NCBI RefSeq assembly: GCF_001194135.2
Contig: NC_069001.1
Coordinates: forward strand, 29,815,549 to 29,871,362
DNA from: Octopus bimaculoides
Lineage: Eukaryota
Length of the DNA: 55,814 nt
Direction of reading: 5' to 3'
Shown: one piece after another, positions 12,726 to 25,235 of the stretch
Layout of the letters: the number at the start of each line of letters is the position of its first letter
Position numbering within the stretch: position 1 is the first letter of the stretch
The notes under the pieces: model-generated
The model's input: only the letters and a program-made list of their open reading frames with translations
The model's database searches: none
What the model was told of the DNA's origin: nothing
Made by a program: the position numbers and the translations under genes

Positions 12726-13454
12726 GCCACCAAATAATTGCAACATGTGAAAGGATAAAAGTATAAAAGAATAAATTTTTTGGCATAAATGTATTTTTAA
12801 AAACCTCAAATTTCCTCAAATTTCGGTTATTCATCGATTGCATCTTGTTAGGTTTTGTTTTGAATGGGTTTGCAAGATTGTTTATGTGAATTTGTGCGTT
12901 GAAACTATTGTTTTTGTGTCTGGGGAAAGCCATACTAACTTAATGTGTAACACGCTCAACAGTTCAATTTTCAATAAGAAAAATATAAATAACAAATGAG
13001 TGGAAATTGAACAGGTGAGTTTGTTAATCATTAAGACATTATGACTATCCCCAGACATTACAAAATTATAATATACACCATACAATAATACCGTGTATTA
13101 TAGAATATTGTCTAATAGCATGGTGATTAATTTGTTAGTAAAATATCACAAATGGAACGAGGCTAATTAAGAGAAGGACAGTTGGACAATATGAGAGATT
13201 ACAACGGATAAATAGGGGACAAAACAAACACACGCTCTCGCAAAAATGGACAGTGATTTGTGGACAGAGAATTATGAACAGTGAACTCTACGTTGAACAC
13301 ACGAAGAGGAATAGAAGGAGACTGATGTGTCGGGTGATCCCTTTATGAAATTAGAGTAAGATCGAAATAAGCAAGAAGTAAGTTTCAAGAAGAGAAACTA
13401 TAAATTTTAAATCACGTCTATTGCTGCTTAGCAATTTCCGAGGAAGAAGACCTA

Positions 13455-13585
13455 TTCTATCCACCCTGAAAGGTATAAAAGGAACAGTGGACCCCGGGGG
13501 GGATTTTGAACTGAGCTCGTAAACATCGACGAAATGCCGCTAAGCACTATGTCCAACGAGCTAACAATTCTACGAGCTTGCAAAC
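13455..13585 (-). mobile_element. SINE family A fragment
   Basis: Contains ttttgaactgagctcgtaaacatcgacgaaatgccgctaagcac. Confidence 0.7.
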
Positions 13586-13689
13586 TTAATCGTGTATCAA
13601 TATTTAAAAAAGAAACAATTTACACAGGAACGTCCACCTGAGACGTTATTAATAGTGCCTTTGTCTCAGACCATATTTGGGAAGGTCGA

Positions 13690-13810
13690 AGTTCAGTACG
13701 CCGAGGTAAATTTGGCATTTCATACCTTCGAGGCCAATCATGTAACTTCAAGATGAGCACAGGTGTCGACATAATTCTTCTCCCAAAATGACACGCCTTG
13801 TAACAAAATT
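13690..13810 (+). mobile_element. SINE family A fragment
   Basis: Contains gttcagtacgccgaggtaaatttggcatttcataccttcgagg. Inverted relative to 13455-13585. Confidence 0.55.
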
Positions 13811-15338
13811 TACGACCAATATTGAAATATGATCATAAATATTTGTATCGGAAATTATTGAAAATATAAACAACGGTGACTGAATGCGACATTTTATTTC
13901 CATAAAATTTTCCAAACATATGTTGCACTGTAGGAATTCTTTCAACCACTGCAATTAAAATAGCATTTTGCCAATTAGTACGACAACATGTAGGCAGATG
14001 TAATGCTTCAGTATTCTTCCACAGGAGATCAGCATCAAGTGAATAAGAAAGCATGTTTAATTGTTTCTACTCGCTTTCGTTTTCATTCCACTATATGAAA
14101 AAGTGCACCTGCTCAGCAGGTATCAACTATATTCATTCAATAACAGCCTGCAGTTAACTTCACAGATGGCAAGCTAGTCAGCTTCCATAAACGGCATTAT
14201 GCTAAAACGAAAACCACAATATAGGTAATTAAACATCATTGTAGACTGACTCCCGAAATAATTATATCAAAATTATTGCTCTAAATTGTAGCCAATTAAT
14301 TATGGTTTATACAAACAAAATTTGGATAGAGAAATGGAAAAGGCTGGGCGATTCCGGTATCTGGTCACCTGTGTAGTGCTTCAGATGTATGAAACCACAT
14401 ATCCTACTCTAGATTCATTTTTTAAGATGATGTCTGTTTTCAGAACTTGATCGAGTCACATCAGATTCGATAAGTTGGGTGATAAGGGTGGGGGGTGAAA
14501 AGGAGCGACGAATGTAAAAAGAAAAACAAAATAATGAGTTATGTTAAATATTATTTGCAAAAAAAAAGTTTAGGATTTGATGCAGAAAAATTATCTGTTT
14601 GTCTTGGTGTGTTTGGGGGGCGCTAGGAATGTGGCCTGGGTTGCAAATGACTGGCAGTTCGAAAACGTATAGAAACCACCTTCTTAAATGACAGCCAATA
14701 ATGTACACACGTATACATTTGACATTATAGAAGTGGAGAAATCTTGTAAGAATAGAAGAAGTGCGAAGATAATCGTTGAAATGCATTTGAACATAAGGTC
14801 TTATAATTAGCCTGAACTTGGGGTTTAAAAAGCAATGGCCACACTAACAACACATATAACCAGAAAACAACTTGGCTATCATATGATTATTGATAACTCT
14901 ATATCACTAATAGTGACAACATCACTAAGAATAATCAAAATACATGATCAATAGTATTAAATACAGCTTGACAAAGGACTTGATGAAAAAAATCATCGAT
15001 GTGAATCAATAAGATCGGTATTGATAAAATAATGTCAAACATAAACATTACCAGAATATTAACATCGCAAATAAGATAAACACGGCCCAAACAATTTAAT
15101 TATGAATAACTGTTGAATTAACTTGTTAGTTTGTAATGGTTTTGCACCAGCCATCAAAGGCTGCGTGATATCTATTTATACTTATATACACATTCACATA
15201 CACAGACTGATGCATATGTATGTGTGCGTGTGTGTGCTTGTGTATGTATGCATATATAAATATATATGTATATTATACACACACACATGCATACGAATGT
15301 ATATATTACACACCAAAGTAAATGCATACAACTATACG

Positions 15339-15385
<47 letters not shown>

Positions 15386-15989
15386 NNNNNNNNNNNNNNN
15401 NNNNNNNNNNNNNNNNNNNNNNNNNNNNNNNNNNNNNNNNNNNNNNNNNNNNNNNNNNNNNNNNNNNNNNNNNNNNNNNNNNNNNNNNNNNNNNNNNNNN
15501 NNNNNNNNNNNNNNNNNNNNNNNNNNNNNNNNNNNNNNNNNNNNNNNNNNNNNNNNNNNNNNNNNNNNNNNNNNNNNNNNNNNNNNNNNNNNNNNNNNNN
15601 NNNNNNNNNNNNNNNNNNNNNNNNNNNNNNNNNNNNNNNNNNNNNNNNNNNNNNNNNNNNNNNNNNNNNNNNNNNNNNNNNNNNNNNNNNNNNNNNNNNN
15701 NNNNNNNNNNNNNNNNNNNNNNNNNNNNNNNNNNNNNNNNNNNNNNNNNNNNNNNNNNNNNNNNNNNNNNNNNNNNNNNNNNNNNNNNNNNNNNNNNNNN
15801 NNNNNNNNNNNNNNNNNNNNNNNNNNNNNNNNNNNNNNNNNNNNNNNNNNNNNNNNNNNNNNNNNNNNNNNNNNNNNNNNNNNNNNNNNNNNNNNNNNNN
15901 NNNNNNNNNNNNNNNNNNNNNNNNNNNNNNNNNNNNNNNNNNNNNNNNNNNNNNNNNNNNNNNNNNNNNNNNNNNNNNNNNNNNNNNNN

Positions 15990-16032
<43 letters not shown>

Positions 16033-16499
16033 GCATATACCAACATACACACACACTAATAATCTATATATATATATACAATCATATATACACACATATG
16101 TATTTGTGTATGAGTGTGTGTGTGTGTCTCTCTCTGTTTGTGTTTATGTGTCTGTGTGTGTTAGTGTGTTTGTGTCACCGTCGTTATTTTGCGTCCTGTA
16201 TCTCTGTATACCGTAGATTGTATGTAAGCTTTTCTATGCCAATTTACTACAATGACTATACATTTAGTGATTATCGTACCTGTTACACGTGCAATAAAAA
16301 TAATTGGCAACTGAGTGGTTGTTTATATTCCCTTCACGTGCTGATGCACACATGATCCTTTTCATAATAATTACCGTATTATCCTGATCAGCGATTCTTA
16401 GACAATGAAATCGTACACCATTCCTGCTGGCGCAAAAATAAATGGAAAATACATGGAAAGCGAAATGTGATAAATATTTTTTAGCTTCAGTCACATTTT

Positions 16500-16651
16500 C
16501 TGAAAATGAGGGAATTGGATTTAATAAAGTACACCGAATCTAATGTATAACGTGCAATTTATTTCTCAACGCCAATAGAATGGAAAAGTTCACCTCGTCA
16601 TGAATTAACTGTACCCAGATCGTAAACTGCCGGAAGAAACAATAATTTATA
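16500..16651 (-). mobile_element. Diverged family-A-like SINE fragment, copy 1 of a direct pair
   Basis: Colinear with 17095-17245: ctgaaaatgaggg, aaagtacacc, ccggaagaa. Confidence 0.6.
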
Positions 16652-16654
16652 GAT

Positions 16655-17010
16655 ACCTGGTTCTCCGTCGGTTACCACGACGAGGGTTCGAGTTCAGCCG
16701 ATAAACGGAACAGTGCAAGTGGCTGAACAATCCACAGACACATGTACCCATAACGTATTTCTCGGGGAGATTCAGCGTGACACAGTGTGACAAAGCTGGC
16801 CCTTTGAAATACAGGCATAAGAGAAACAGGAAGAAAGAGTGAGAGATAGTTGTGGTGAATGAGTACAGCAGGGTTCGCCACGCCATCCTCTGCCGGCGCC
16901 TCGTGTTTTCGCCCAATAAATAATCACAATGTCTGTCCAGTCCGAGAATCGAAACCGCGATTCTACGACCGTGAGTCCGCTCCCCTAACCACAGAGCCAT
17001 TGCGCCTCCA
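16655..17010 (-). mobile_element. SINE family C, full length
   Basis: The minus strand begins ggaggcgcaatggctctgtggttaggggagcggactc, then ggtttcgattctc. Colinear with 20182-20556. Confidence 0.9.
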
Positions 17011-17094
17011 CTATAATTTACATACTATATTAACGTTGAATGAAATACAAGAAAAAAAATAATAAACGACATCCGTATTGGTAATCTCTAACGT

Positions 17095-17245
17095 CTGAAA
17101 ACGAGGGGAACAGATTTAGTAAAGTACACCAACTCTAATATAAGACATGTATTTTATTTCACAACACCAAAAGGGTGGAAAAATTGTCCTCGGCGTGAAT
17201 GAACTGAATTCAAAATGTAAAGTGCCGGAAGAATTAATAACTTAT
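17095..17245 (-). mobile_element. Diverged family-A-like SINE fragment, copy 2 of a direct pair
   Basis: Colinear with 16500-16651, with similar end points. Confidence 0.6.
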
Positions 17246-17439
17246 ATATATATTAAAGAAAAATGGATTTTTAAAAAGCTATATGCATATTGATAATCCC
17301 TAGTATAATCACAAGGCAACATCTCATTTTTCTGAAGTATTACTTTAGTTTATTGATTCGAATACGTATCTGTAAACGTGAAATATAATATATATATTGG
17401 GGAAAGTTTCCTTCCAAAACTTTAAGACGAAGACTAAAT

Positions 17440-17645
17440 ATTGGCTTCGAATTTTGCCACAAGGCCACCGATTTTGGGGGGAGACGAAGGGGAAGAGTCG
17501 GTTACCTCGACGCCAGTACTCAACTGGTACATATTTTATTGAATTCTCTAGAGGATGAAAGACAAGTTCAACTTCGGTGGAATTTGAACTCAGACGCCCG
17601 AGAAGGACGAAATGCTGCTAAGACTTTTGCAGAGATACGAAATAT
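17440..17645 (-). mobile_element. SINE family A
   Basis: Contains ccagtactcaactggtac and cttcggtggaatttgaactcag. Confidence 0.8.
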
Positions 17646-17654
17646 TCTTTTCTA

Positions 17655-17812
17655 CTCCAGGCACAAGGCACAAAAACTTTTGGGGAGGGGGCCAGTCGAT
17701 GAGATCGACACCAGTACGCAACTGGTATTTAATTTATCGACCCCGAAATGATGAAATGCAAAGTCGATCTCGGCGGAAGTTGAATTCAGAACGCAAAGAC
17801 AGACGAAATACC
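17655..17812 (-). mobile_element. SINE family A, older host copy (3' part)
   Basis: The body ends at agacagacgaaatacc (17812). A decayed remainder of its head appears at about 18023-18070. Confidence 0.8.
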
Positions 17813-18022
17813 TATTTCGTTATTGCCCACAAGGGGCTAAACATAGAGGGAACAAACAAGAACAGACGAACGGATTAAGTCGATTACATCGACCCCAGTG
17901 CGTAACTGGTACTTAATTTATCGACCCCGAAAGGATGAAAGGCAAAGTCGACCTCGGCGGAATTTGAACTCAGAACGTAACGGCAGACGAAATACCGCTA
18001 AGCATTTCGCCCGGCGTGCTAA
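17813..18022 (-). mobile_element. SINE family A, young nested copy
   Basis: One mismatch against 31613-31822. It lacks the first ~23 nt of the head. Confidence 0.95.
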
Positions 18023-19044
18023 AGAGAGACGAAATATTAAAAGGTATTTCATCGATGTTGTGACGATTTTGAATCCCCAATATATTATAATTGTAACTGA
18101 TGCACTGAGCTTCGCAGAAACAATATTTTACAACACTTTTGAAACACTGTAAATGTGAACTTACCTAATGGAATTAAATAATATGTTGAATATTTATCTT
18201 CTAAATCTGATTATAAGCATAAATATTGAATTATTCATTGATATTCCGTCATTAGATTTATGAACGCCGAGGCATTAGATTTATTGAGATTTGGAATTAG
18301 AATATTACAGGAACTTTTAAATATATACGTTTATATAAATTTCATAAAGTTTAAAATATGAAAATTGTCCAAGATTTCCATATAACACATTGAACGAAGT
18401 ATTAGTTATATTTGTTATTGTTGTTTCCAATTTCTTTAGGAAAATCCCGAACACGAGACTTGGCACCTCTATATAAGAGTAGCACGAGTCGTTTCCAGTG
18501 TTTATGGTAGATTAAGTCCATATTTATATATATTGGAATTATCGCATTGGAATTCTAATAATATGACTATCCCATGAGGCGATACATTTATTACATGCTG
18601 AAACATCACATTGCAGAGATCTTCACACATTTTCGATTAGATATTGTTCGATATTTCTCAGGTGTCTGAGCAATCGTTTACATTTGAAAGGATTGAGGCC
18701 ATGACACTTCTGGCTTTACTTTCTTCTACTACAGTATATTATGAAACAAATATGGTATTGTTTAGTTAAACCTAGTGGGCATCTCACAGAAACACATTGT
18801 GCAAGTTACACTGGTGAAGGACAAAGATGCTGAGGACAATAGAAGCACGACAAGTTGCCGAGGGTCGTGGCTTGCATAGAGCTAAGGAATGGCATGTAAG
18901 GGCAAAAAATTCATAAGAAAAGATGATGTGATGCCAAAGAAAAAAATGAAATGGGAACTCATGTATTTTCTTATCCTACAATTGCCGTTGCTTCTGAAAG
19001 AAGAGGTAATAGTGACATCCCTATATATGTATATTCATCTATCA

Positions 19045-19083
<39 letters not shown>

Positions 19084-19527
19084 NNNNNNNNNNNNNNNNN
19101 NNNNNNNNNNNNNNNNNNNNNNNNNNNNNNNNNNNNNNNNNNNNNNNNNNNNNNNNNNNNNNNNNNNNNNNNNNNNNNNNNNNNNNNNNNNNNNNNNNNN
19201 NNNNNNNNNNNNNNNNNNNNNNNNNNNNNNNNNNNNNNNNNNNNNNNNNNNNNNNNNNNNNNNNNNNNNNNNNNNNNNNNNNNNNNNNNNNNNNNNNNNN
19301 NNNNNNNNNNNNNNNNNNNNNNNNNNNNNNNNNNNNNNNNNNNNNNNNNNNNNNNNNNNNNNNNNNNNNNNNNNNNNNNNNNNNNNNNNNNNNNNNNNNN
19401 NNNNNNNNNNNNNNNNNNNNNNNNNNNNNNNNNNNNNNNNNNNNNNNNNNNNNNNNNNNNNNNNNNNNNNNNNNNNNNNNNNNNNNNNNNNNNNNNNNNN
19501 NNNNNNNNNNNNNNNNNNNNNNNNNNN

Positions 19528-19566
<39 letters not shown>

Positions 19567-20181
19567 TGTGTACGGGTGATTTCCTCAGTGTATGTAAGGT
19601 AAGATGGAATGAATAAGTGATAAGTTTATAGTCTCCAGAAGCAAAATCCGCATTATATTACAATGAAATGGAAGATGTCTTAATAGTATCAGTTTACAAA
19701 AGATGTAGACAGATTTACTTTAACAAGATCTACCTCAACATGCCTTACACAATGACACATATGAAAATTATTGTTCTATATCGAATAACGGATTATGACT
19801 ATTATAAATACTACCTCGGAAACAAATCTGATAATTCTCACACACACGCACAATCGCACACATCTTCACACACACTGCTTCATGCAGGTACATTCACACT
19901 TGTATACATCCGAACATATACATAGAAGCGTGATCTTAATAAGATATGCATATAAGAATTTGTGTGGGTGTGTATGTGTGTACGTGCGTCTCAGTGTGTG
20001 TTCATATGTCTATGCGAAACTATACAGACACATATATATATATATTAGCGTGTGTATAAGTTCAAATTTATATACCTGTACATATATGTTTCTGTCTGCG
20101 TATTTATCTATCCATCAATCTCTAATTCTTTAATATTTGTGTTTTCATATGTATATGTGCGTGTTTATATATACACATGAG

Positions 20182-20556
20182 TTGAGGCGCAATGGCGCAG
20201 TGGTTCTAGCAGCGGACTCGTGTTCGTAGGATCGCGGTTTCGATTCCCAGACCGGGCGTTGTGAGTATTTATTGAGTGAAAACACCTAAAAAGCTCCACG
20301 AGGCTCTGGCAGGCGTGGTCGGCGAACCCTGCTTTACTCTTTCACCACAACTTTCTCTCACTCTTTCATACTGTTTCTCTTGTACCTGTATTTCGAAGGG
20401 CCACCCTTGTCACACTCTGTGTCACGCTGAATCGCCTTCAAGGGTACACGTGTCTGTCGAGTGCTCAGCCACGGGCACGTTAATTTCACGAGCAGTCTTT
20501 TCCGTTGATCGGATCAACCGAAACCTCATCGTCGTAACCGACGGAGTGCCACAACG
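20182..20556 (+). mobile_element. SINE family C, full length
   Basis: gaggcgcaatggcgcagtggttctagcagcggactcg (A-box), ggtttcgattccc (B-box), and an end at cgtaaccgacggagtgccacaac. Confidence 0.9.
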
Positions 20557-20587
20557 ATATAAATCTACGTTTGTATGTATGCACGTG

Positions 20588-20752
20588 TATATACATTTGT
20601 TATTATTATTATCACTATTATTAGTAGTAGTAATAGTAGTAGTATTAGTAGTAGCAACAGCAGCAGCAATAGTAGTAGTAGTAGTAATAATAGTAATAGT
20701 AATAGTAGTAGTAGTAGTAATAGTAGTATTATTTGTAGTAGTAATTGCTGTA
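20588..20752. repeat. Compound trinucleotide microsatellite (TTA/TAG/CAG/TAA)
   Basis: Seen directly; it generates the spurious poly-S and poly-V ORFs. Confidence 0.95.
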
Positions 20753-23358
20753 TTCGAAGTAGTTTAACGAATGATTTGCGTAATATATTTTACGCTGTGC
20801 TCTTTCAACAAATGAGTTGCGACATCACTGCTGCCAAGTTGTATCGGCCTTTGCCTTTTCCTTGTCAGGGCTTTCTGTGCGGGAGACTCAAAAGAAGACA
20901 TAACTAGCAACAGAGTTATATAAAAAGAAATTAAAAGTAATTAAAATCTGGCCTAAGCGACATTTGAACTCAAAACTGAGGAGCTTAGAAGAAGGAATTT
21001 GCTTCGCTGTTTTATCTCACTCGTAATGCAGTTCACAAATTTGCCACGTATCATAGTCTGGAATACAGGTAAATATGTAGTATGGCTACTGTTACAAGTC
21101 ATAAGGTCGATATGAGTAACTTTTAGGCTACTAATAAACAGTAAAAGCTCGGAAGACTATCTTTCTTCGCATAACAAGCCGAAAACTTCTAACTAGCCTA
21201 TATAGATATGATCCGAGACGTTGAAGTGTAGCACACATATTGATCAAATTTTGACAGTGCACTATTAGGAAGTATGTTACTTGAATGTGTCTGGAGTTTT
21301 AGAGTGGGTGAGCTGAATTTGATGCATTACAGGAAGGGGAGTATCTCAACAAGGTCATGCTTCGGTAAAGATATGGGGAAAAAAATCTTGAACAGCACAT
21401 CAATCGATTGATCAATCAAATATTCAATAAATATCAAAATTAACCATCAATAATAACGAAAAGGGTTTAGCTGTGAGTATGCATACATACATAGAAATGA
21501 ATATGTATGTTAATATATAATACATATGTATGTATATATATATATGTGTGCGTGTGTGGGTGTATGTGTGTGTGGGTGTATTTATATGTACATATATATA
21601 TATATATATATATGTGAGTGTAAGTAAGTAGCTATCTATATATATAGAAATATTTTTATGTTTGTATTTATATATATATATATANNNNNNNNNNNNNNNN
21701 NNNNNNNNNNNNNNNNNNNNNNNNNNNNNNNNNNNNNNNNNNNNNNNNNNNNNNNNNNNNNNNNNNNNNNNNNNNNNNNNNNNNNNNNNNNNNNNNNNNN
21801 NNNNNNNNNNNNNNNNNNNNNNNNNNNNNNNNNNNNNNNNNNNNNNNNNNNNNNNNNNNNNNNNNNNNNNNNNNNNNNNNNNNNNNNNNNNNNNNNNNNN
21901 NNNNNNNNNNNNNNNNNNNNNNNNNNNNNNNNNNNNNNNNNNNNNNNNNNNNNNNNNNNNNNNNNNNNNNNNNNNNNNNNNNNNNNNNNNNNNNNNNNNN
22001 NNNNNNNNNNNNNNNNNNNNNNNNNNNNNNNNNNNNNNNNNNNNNNNNNNNNNNNNNNNNNNNNNNNNNNNNNNNNNNNNNNNNNNNNNNNNNNNNNNNN
22101 NNNNNNNNNNNNNNNNNNNNNNNNNNNNNNNNNNNNNNNNNNNNNNNNNNNNNNNNNNNNNNNNNNNNNNNNNNNNNNNNNNNNNNNNNNNNNNNNNNNN
22201 NNNNNNNNNNNNNNNNNNNNNNNNNNNNNNNNNNNNNNNNNNNNNNNNNNNNNNNNNNNNNNNNNNNNNNNNNNNNNNNNNNNNNNNNNNNNNNNNNNNN
22301 NNNNNNNNNNNNNNNNNNNNNNNNNNNNNNNNNNNNNNNNNNNNNNNNNNNNNNNNNNNNNNNNNNNNNNNNNNNNNNNNNNNNNNNNNNNNNNNNNNNN
22401 NNNNNNNNNNNNNNNNNNNNNNNNNNNNNNNNNNNNNNNNNNNNNNNNNNNNNNNNNNNNNNNNNNNNNNNNNNNNNNNNNNNNNNNNNNNNNNNNNNNN
22501 NNNNNNNNNNNNNNNNNNNNNNNNNNNNNNNNNNNNNNNNNNNNNNNNNNNNNNNNNNNNNNNNNNNNNNNNNNNNNNNNNNNNNNNNNNNNNNNNNNNN
22601 NNNNNNNNNNNNNNNNNAGATGGGGGAAGACAGATAGATAAATGGATAGAAAGATAGATAGATAGATAGACAGATAGATAGATAGATAGATAGAAAGATA
22701 GTCACGTCAGAATAATAGTAGACTTACTTGTAAAATAGGACGTGTGCGTTCAATAATGTAATAATACAAAGAATATATATACATGTATACACACATATAT
22801 GTACATACTTACATCTACATGTGTATATACATGCATATCAGGGTACAGGACGTTAGAACAATAAACTACAGACAACGGAACGAACACATAGGAAAACGGA
22901 AAGCCCCTTGGAATATCCCTTCATCAGCTGTCTCTATTCTATCTAGACGTTTCGAAGACCAGATATATATACAGGCACATACACACACATACACAAGTAT
23001 ACACGCCTGGACAGGAATGGGTATGCAGATATATGCTGTCATCAAACACCTAATAACACGAATATTTGAATAGTTGAATGCGTGTGTATACATATTCATA
23101 TTTTTGTCTGATATCTTTTGTTACAATTCTATTGATTGTATTTATGTCTAAGTGTATAATAGATTTGTGTTATATCTAACGTTCTGGTTTAGACGATATT
23201 TCCTCAAATATGTATGGAAGGACACATACGCAATCAATTGCGTGAGCGCACTTAGGCTGGCATGTGTATGCCTGAAGAAATGATTGTTTATATACCAGAG
23301 AGTCGTACAGGATAGTTATGTGATTGTATGCACATCTATGTATCTAGCTATCTATCTA

Positions 23359-23393
<35 letters not shown>

Positions 23394-23661
23394 NNNNNNN
23401 NNNNNNNNNNNNNNNNNNNNNNNNNNNNNNNNNNNNNNNNNNNNNNNNNNNNNNNNNNNNNNNNNNNNNNNNNNNNNNNNNNNNNNNNNNNNNNNNNNNN
23501 NNNNNNNNNNNNNNNNNNNNNNNNNNNNNNNNNNNNNNNNNNNNNNNNNNNNNNNNNNNNNNNNNNNNNNNNNNNNNNNNNNNNNNNNNNNNNNNNNNNN
23601 NNNNNNNNNNNNNNNNNNNNNNNNNNNNNNNNNNNNNNNNNNNNNNNNNNNNNNNNNNNNN

Positions 23662-23722
<61 letters not shown>

Positions 23723-23992
23723 ACATATTTAAACGAGTTTACGTTGATTCACTCAACATAACTTTATGAGCGTGTGCATCTGAATATAGATATGCGTTTA
23801 GGCGAATATATATTCAACTATAGAGCAATTTACGCGTAGACATCAATGCATATTTATTTCGTCTGTATAATGATATCTATTTCAGTCTATATCGAATTAT
23901 CAATAATTATTGAACTATCATGTACCTTTAATACATATGTACACACACGCATTACGTACGCAGACGGGCACATACACACATAACCATATACA

Positions 23993-24041
<49 letters not shown>

Positions 24042-25199
24042 TGCCTTTGTATATATGCTTATACATATATGTTTAAATATCTATGTATATATACATATAT
24101 ATATATATGTATGTATATACATATGCATATATATATATATATAGGTTTATGTATACATAGATATTAACTGTGTGCATTGTATCTACTATATTCAGTGGAA
24201 CTATAGAAGGTTAGCAGTTTCAAATTATTAGACTTTTGTGTTCAGAACAGTTGTCTTCTTTAAAAGAATCGCTTATGATGACACTGACTGCAGACATCAA
24301 AGTGATTTTATGTTAACAATTCTAAATATATTCTTCTACAATTTTTGTTTTTTCTCTCTGAAATGGACTTAAACATTCGGTACACACTCATATGTACAAC
24401 CACATATGCAAGCAAGCAAATACAAAAATGAATATATATATATATATATATATNNNNNNNNNNNNNNNNNNNNNNNNNNNNNNNNNNNNNNNNNNNNNNN
24501 NNNNNNNNNNNNNNNNNNNNNNNNNNNNNNNNNNNNNNNNNNNNNNNNNNNNNNNNNNNNNNNNNNNNNNNNNNNNNNNNNNNNNNNNNNNNNNNNNNNN
24601 NNNNNNNNNNNNNNNNNNNNNNNNNNNNNNNNNNNNNNNNNNNNNNNNNNNNNNNNNNNNNNNNNNNNNNNNNNNNNNNNNNNNNNNNNNNNNNNNNNNN
24701 NNNNNNNNNNNNNNNNNNNNNNNNNNNNNNNNNNNNNNNNNNNNNNNNNNNNNNNNNNNNNNNNNNNNNNNNNNNNNNNNNNNNNNNNNNNNNNNNNNNN
24801 NNNNNNNNNNNNNNNNNNNNNNNNNNNNNNNNNNNNNNNNNNNNNNNNNNNNNNNNNNNNNNNNNNNNNNNNNNNNNNNNNNNNNNNNNNNNNNNNNNNN
24901 NNNNNNNNNNNNNNNNNNNNNNNNNNNNNNNNNNNNNNNNNNNNNNNNNNNNNNNNNNNNNNNNNNNNNNNNNNNNNNNNNNNNNNNNNNNNNNNNNNNN
25001 NNNNNNNNNNNNNNNNNNNNNNNNNNNNNNNNNNNNNNNNNNNNNNNNNNNNNNNNNNNNNNNNNNNNNNNNNNNNNNNNNNNNNNNNNNNNNNNNNNNN
25101 NNNNNNNNNNNNNNNNNNNNNNNNNNNNNNNNNNNNNNNNNNNNNNNNNNNNNNNNNNNNNNNNNNNNNNNNNNNNNNNNNNNNNNNNNNNNTATATAC

Positions 25200-25235
<36 letters not shown>

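Noticed and set aside
14785-15000. Faint resemblance to a Penelope ORF N-terminal motif (E.KVL.LGLN)
   Set aside because: It needs frameshifts and stop read-through within a few codons; too weak.
19589-19598. 10-nt micro-exon-like segment tttcctcag|TGTATGTAAG|gtaaga
   Set aside because: No partner exons, and such matches are expected by chance.
20575-20907. Ser/Asn-rich and Val-rich ORFs
   Set aside because: They are translations of a trinucleotide microsatellite and a SINE.
22870-22960. Both hammerhead half-cores on the minus strand (gaaacgtc, then ctgatga)
   Set aside because: The order would require a type II fold, but the 18-nt linker cannot form stem I and stem II is mostly mismatch or wobble. 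It may still be a PLE-related repeat.
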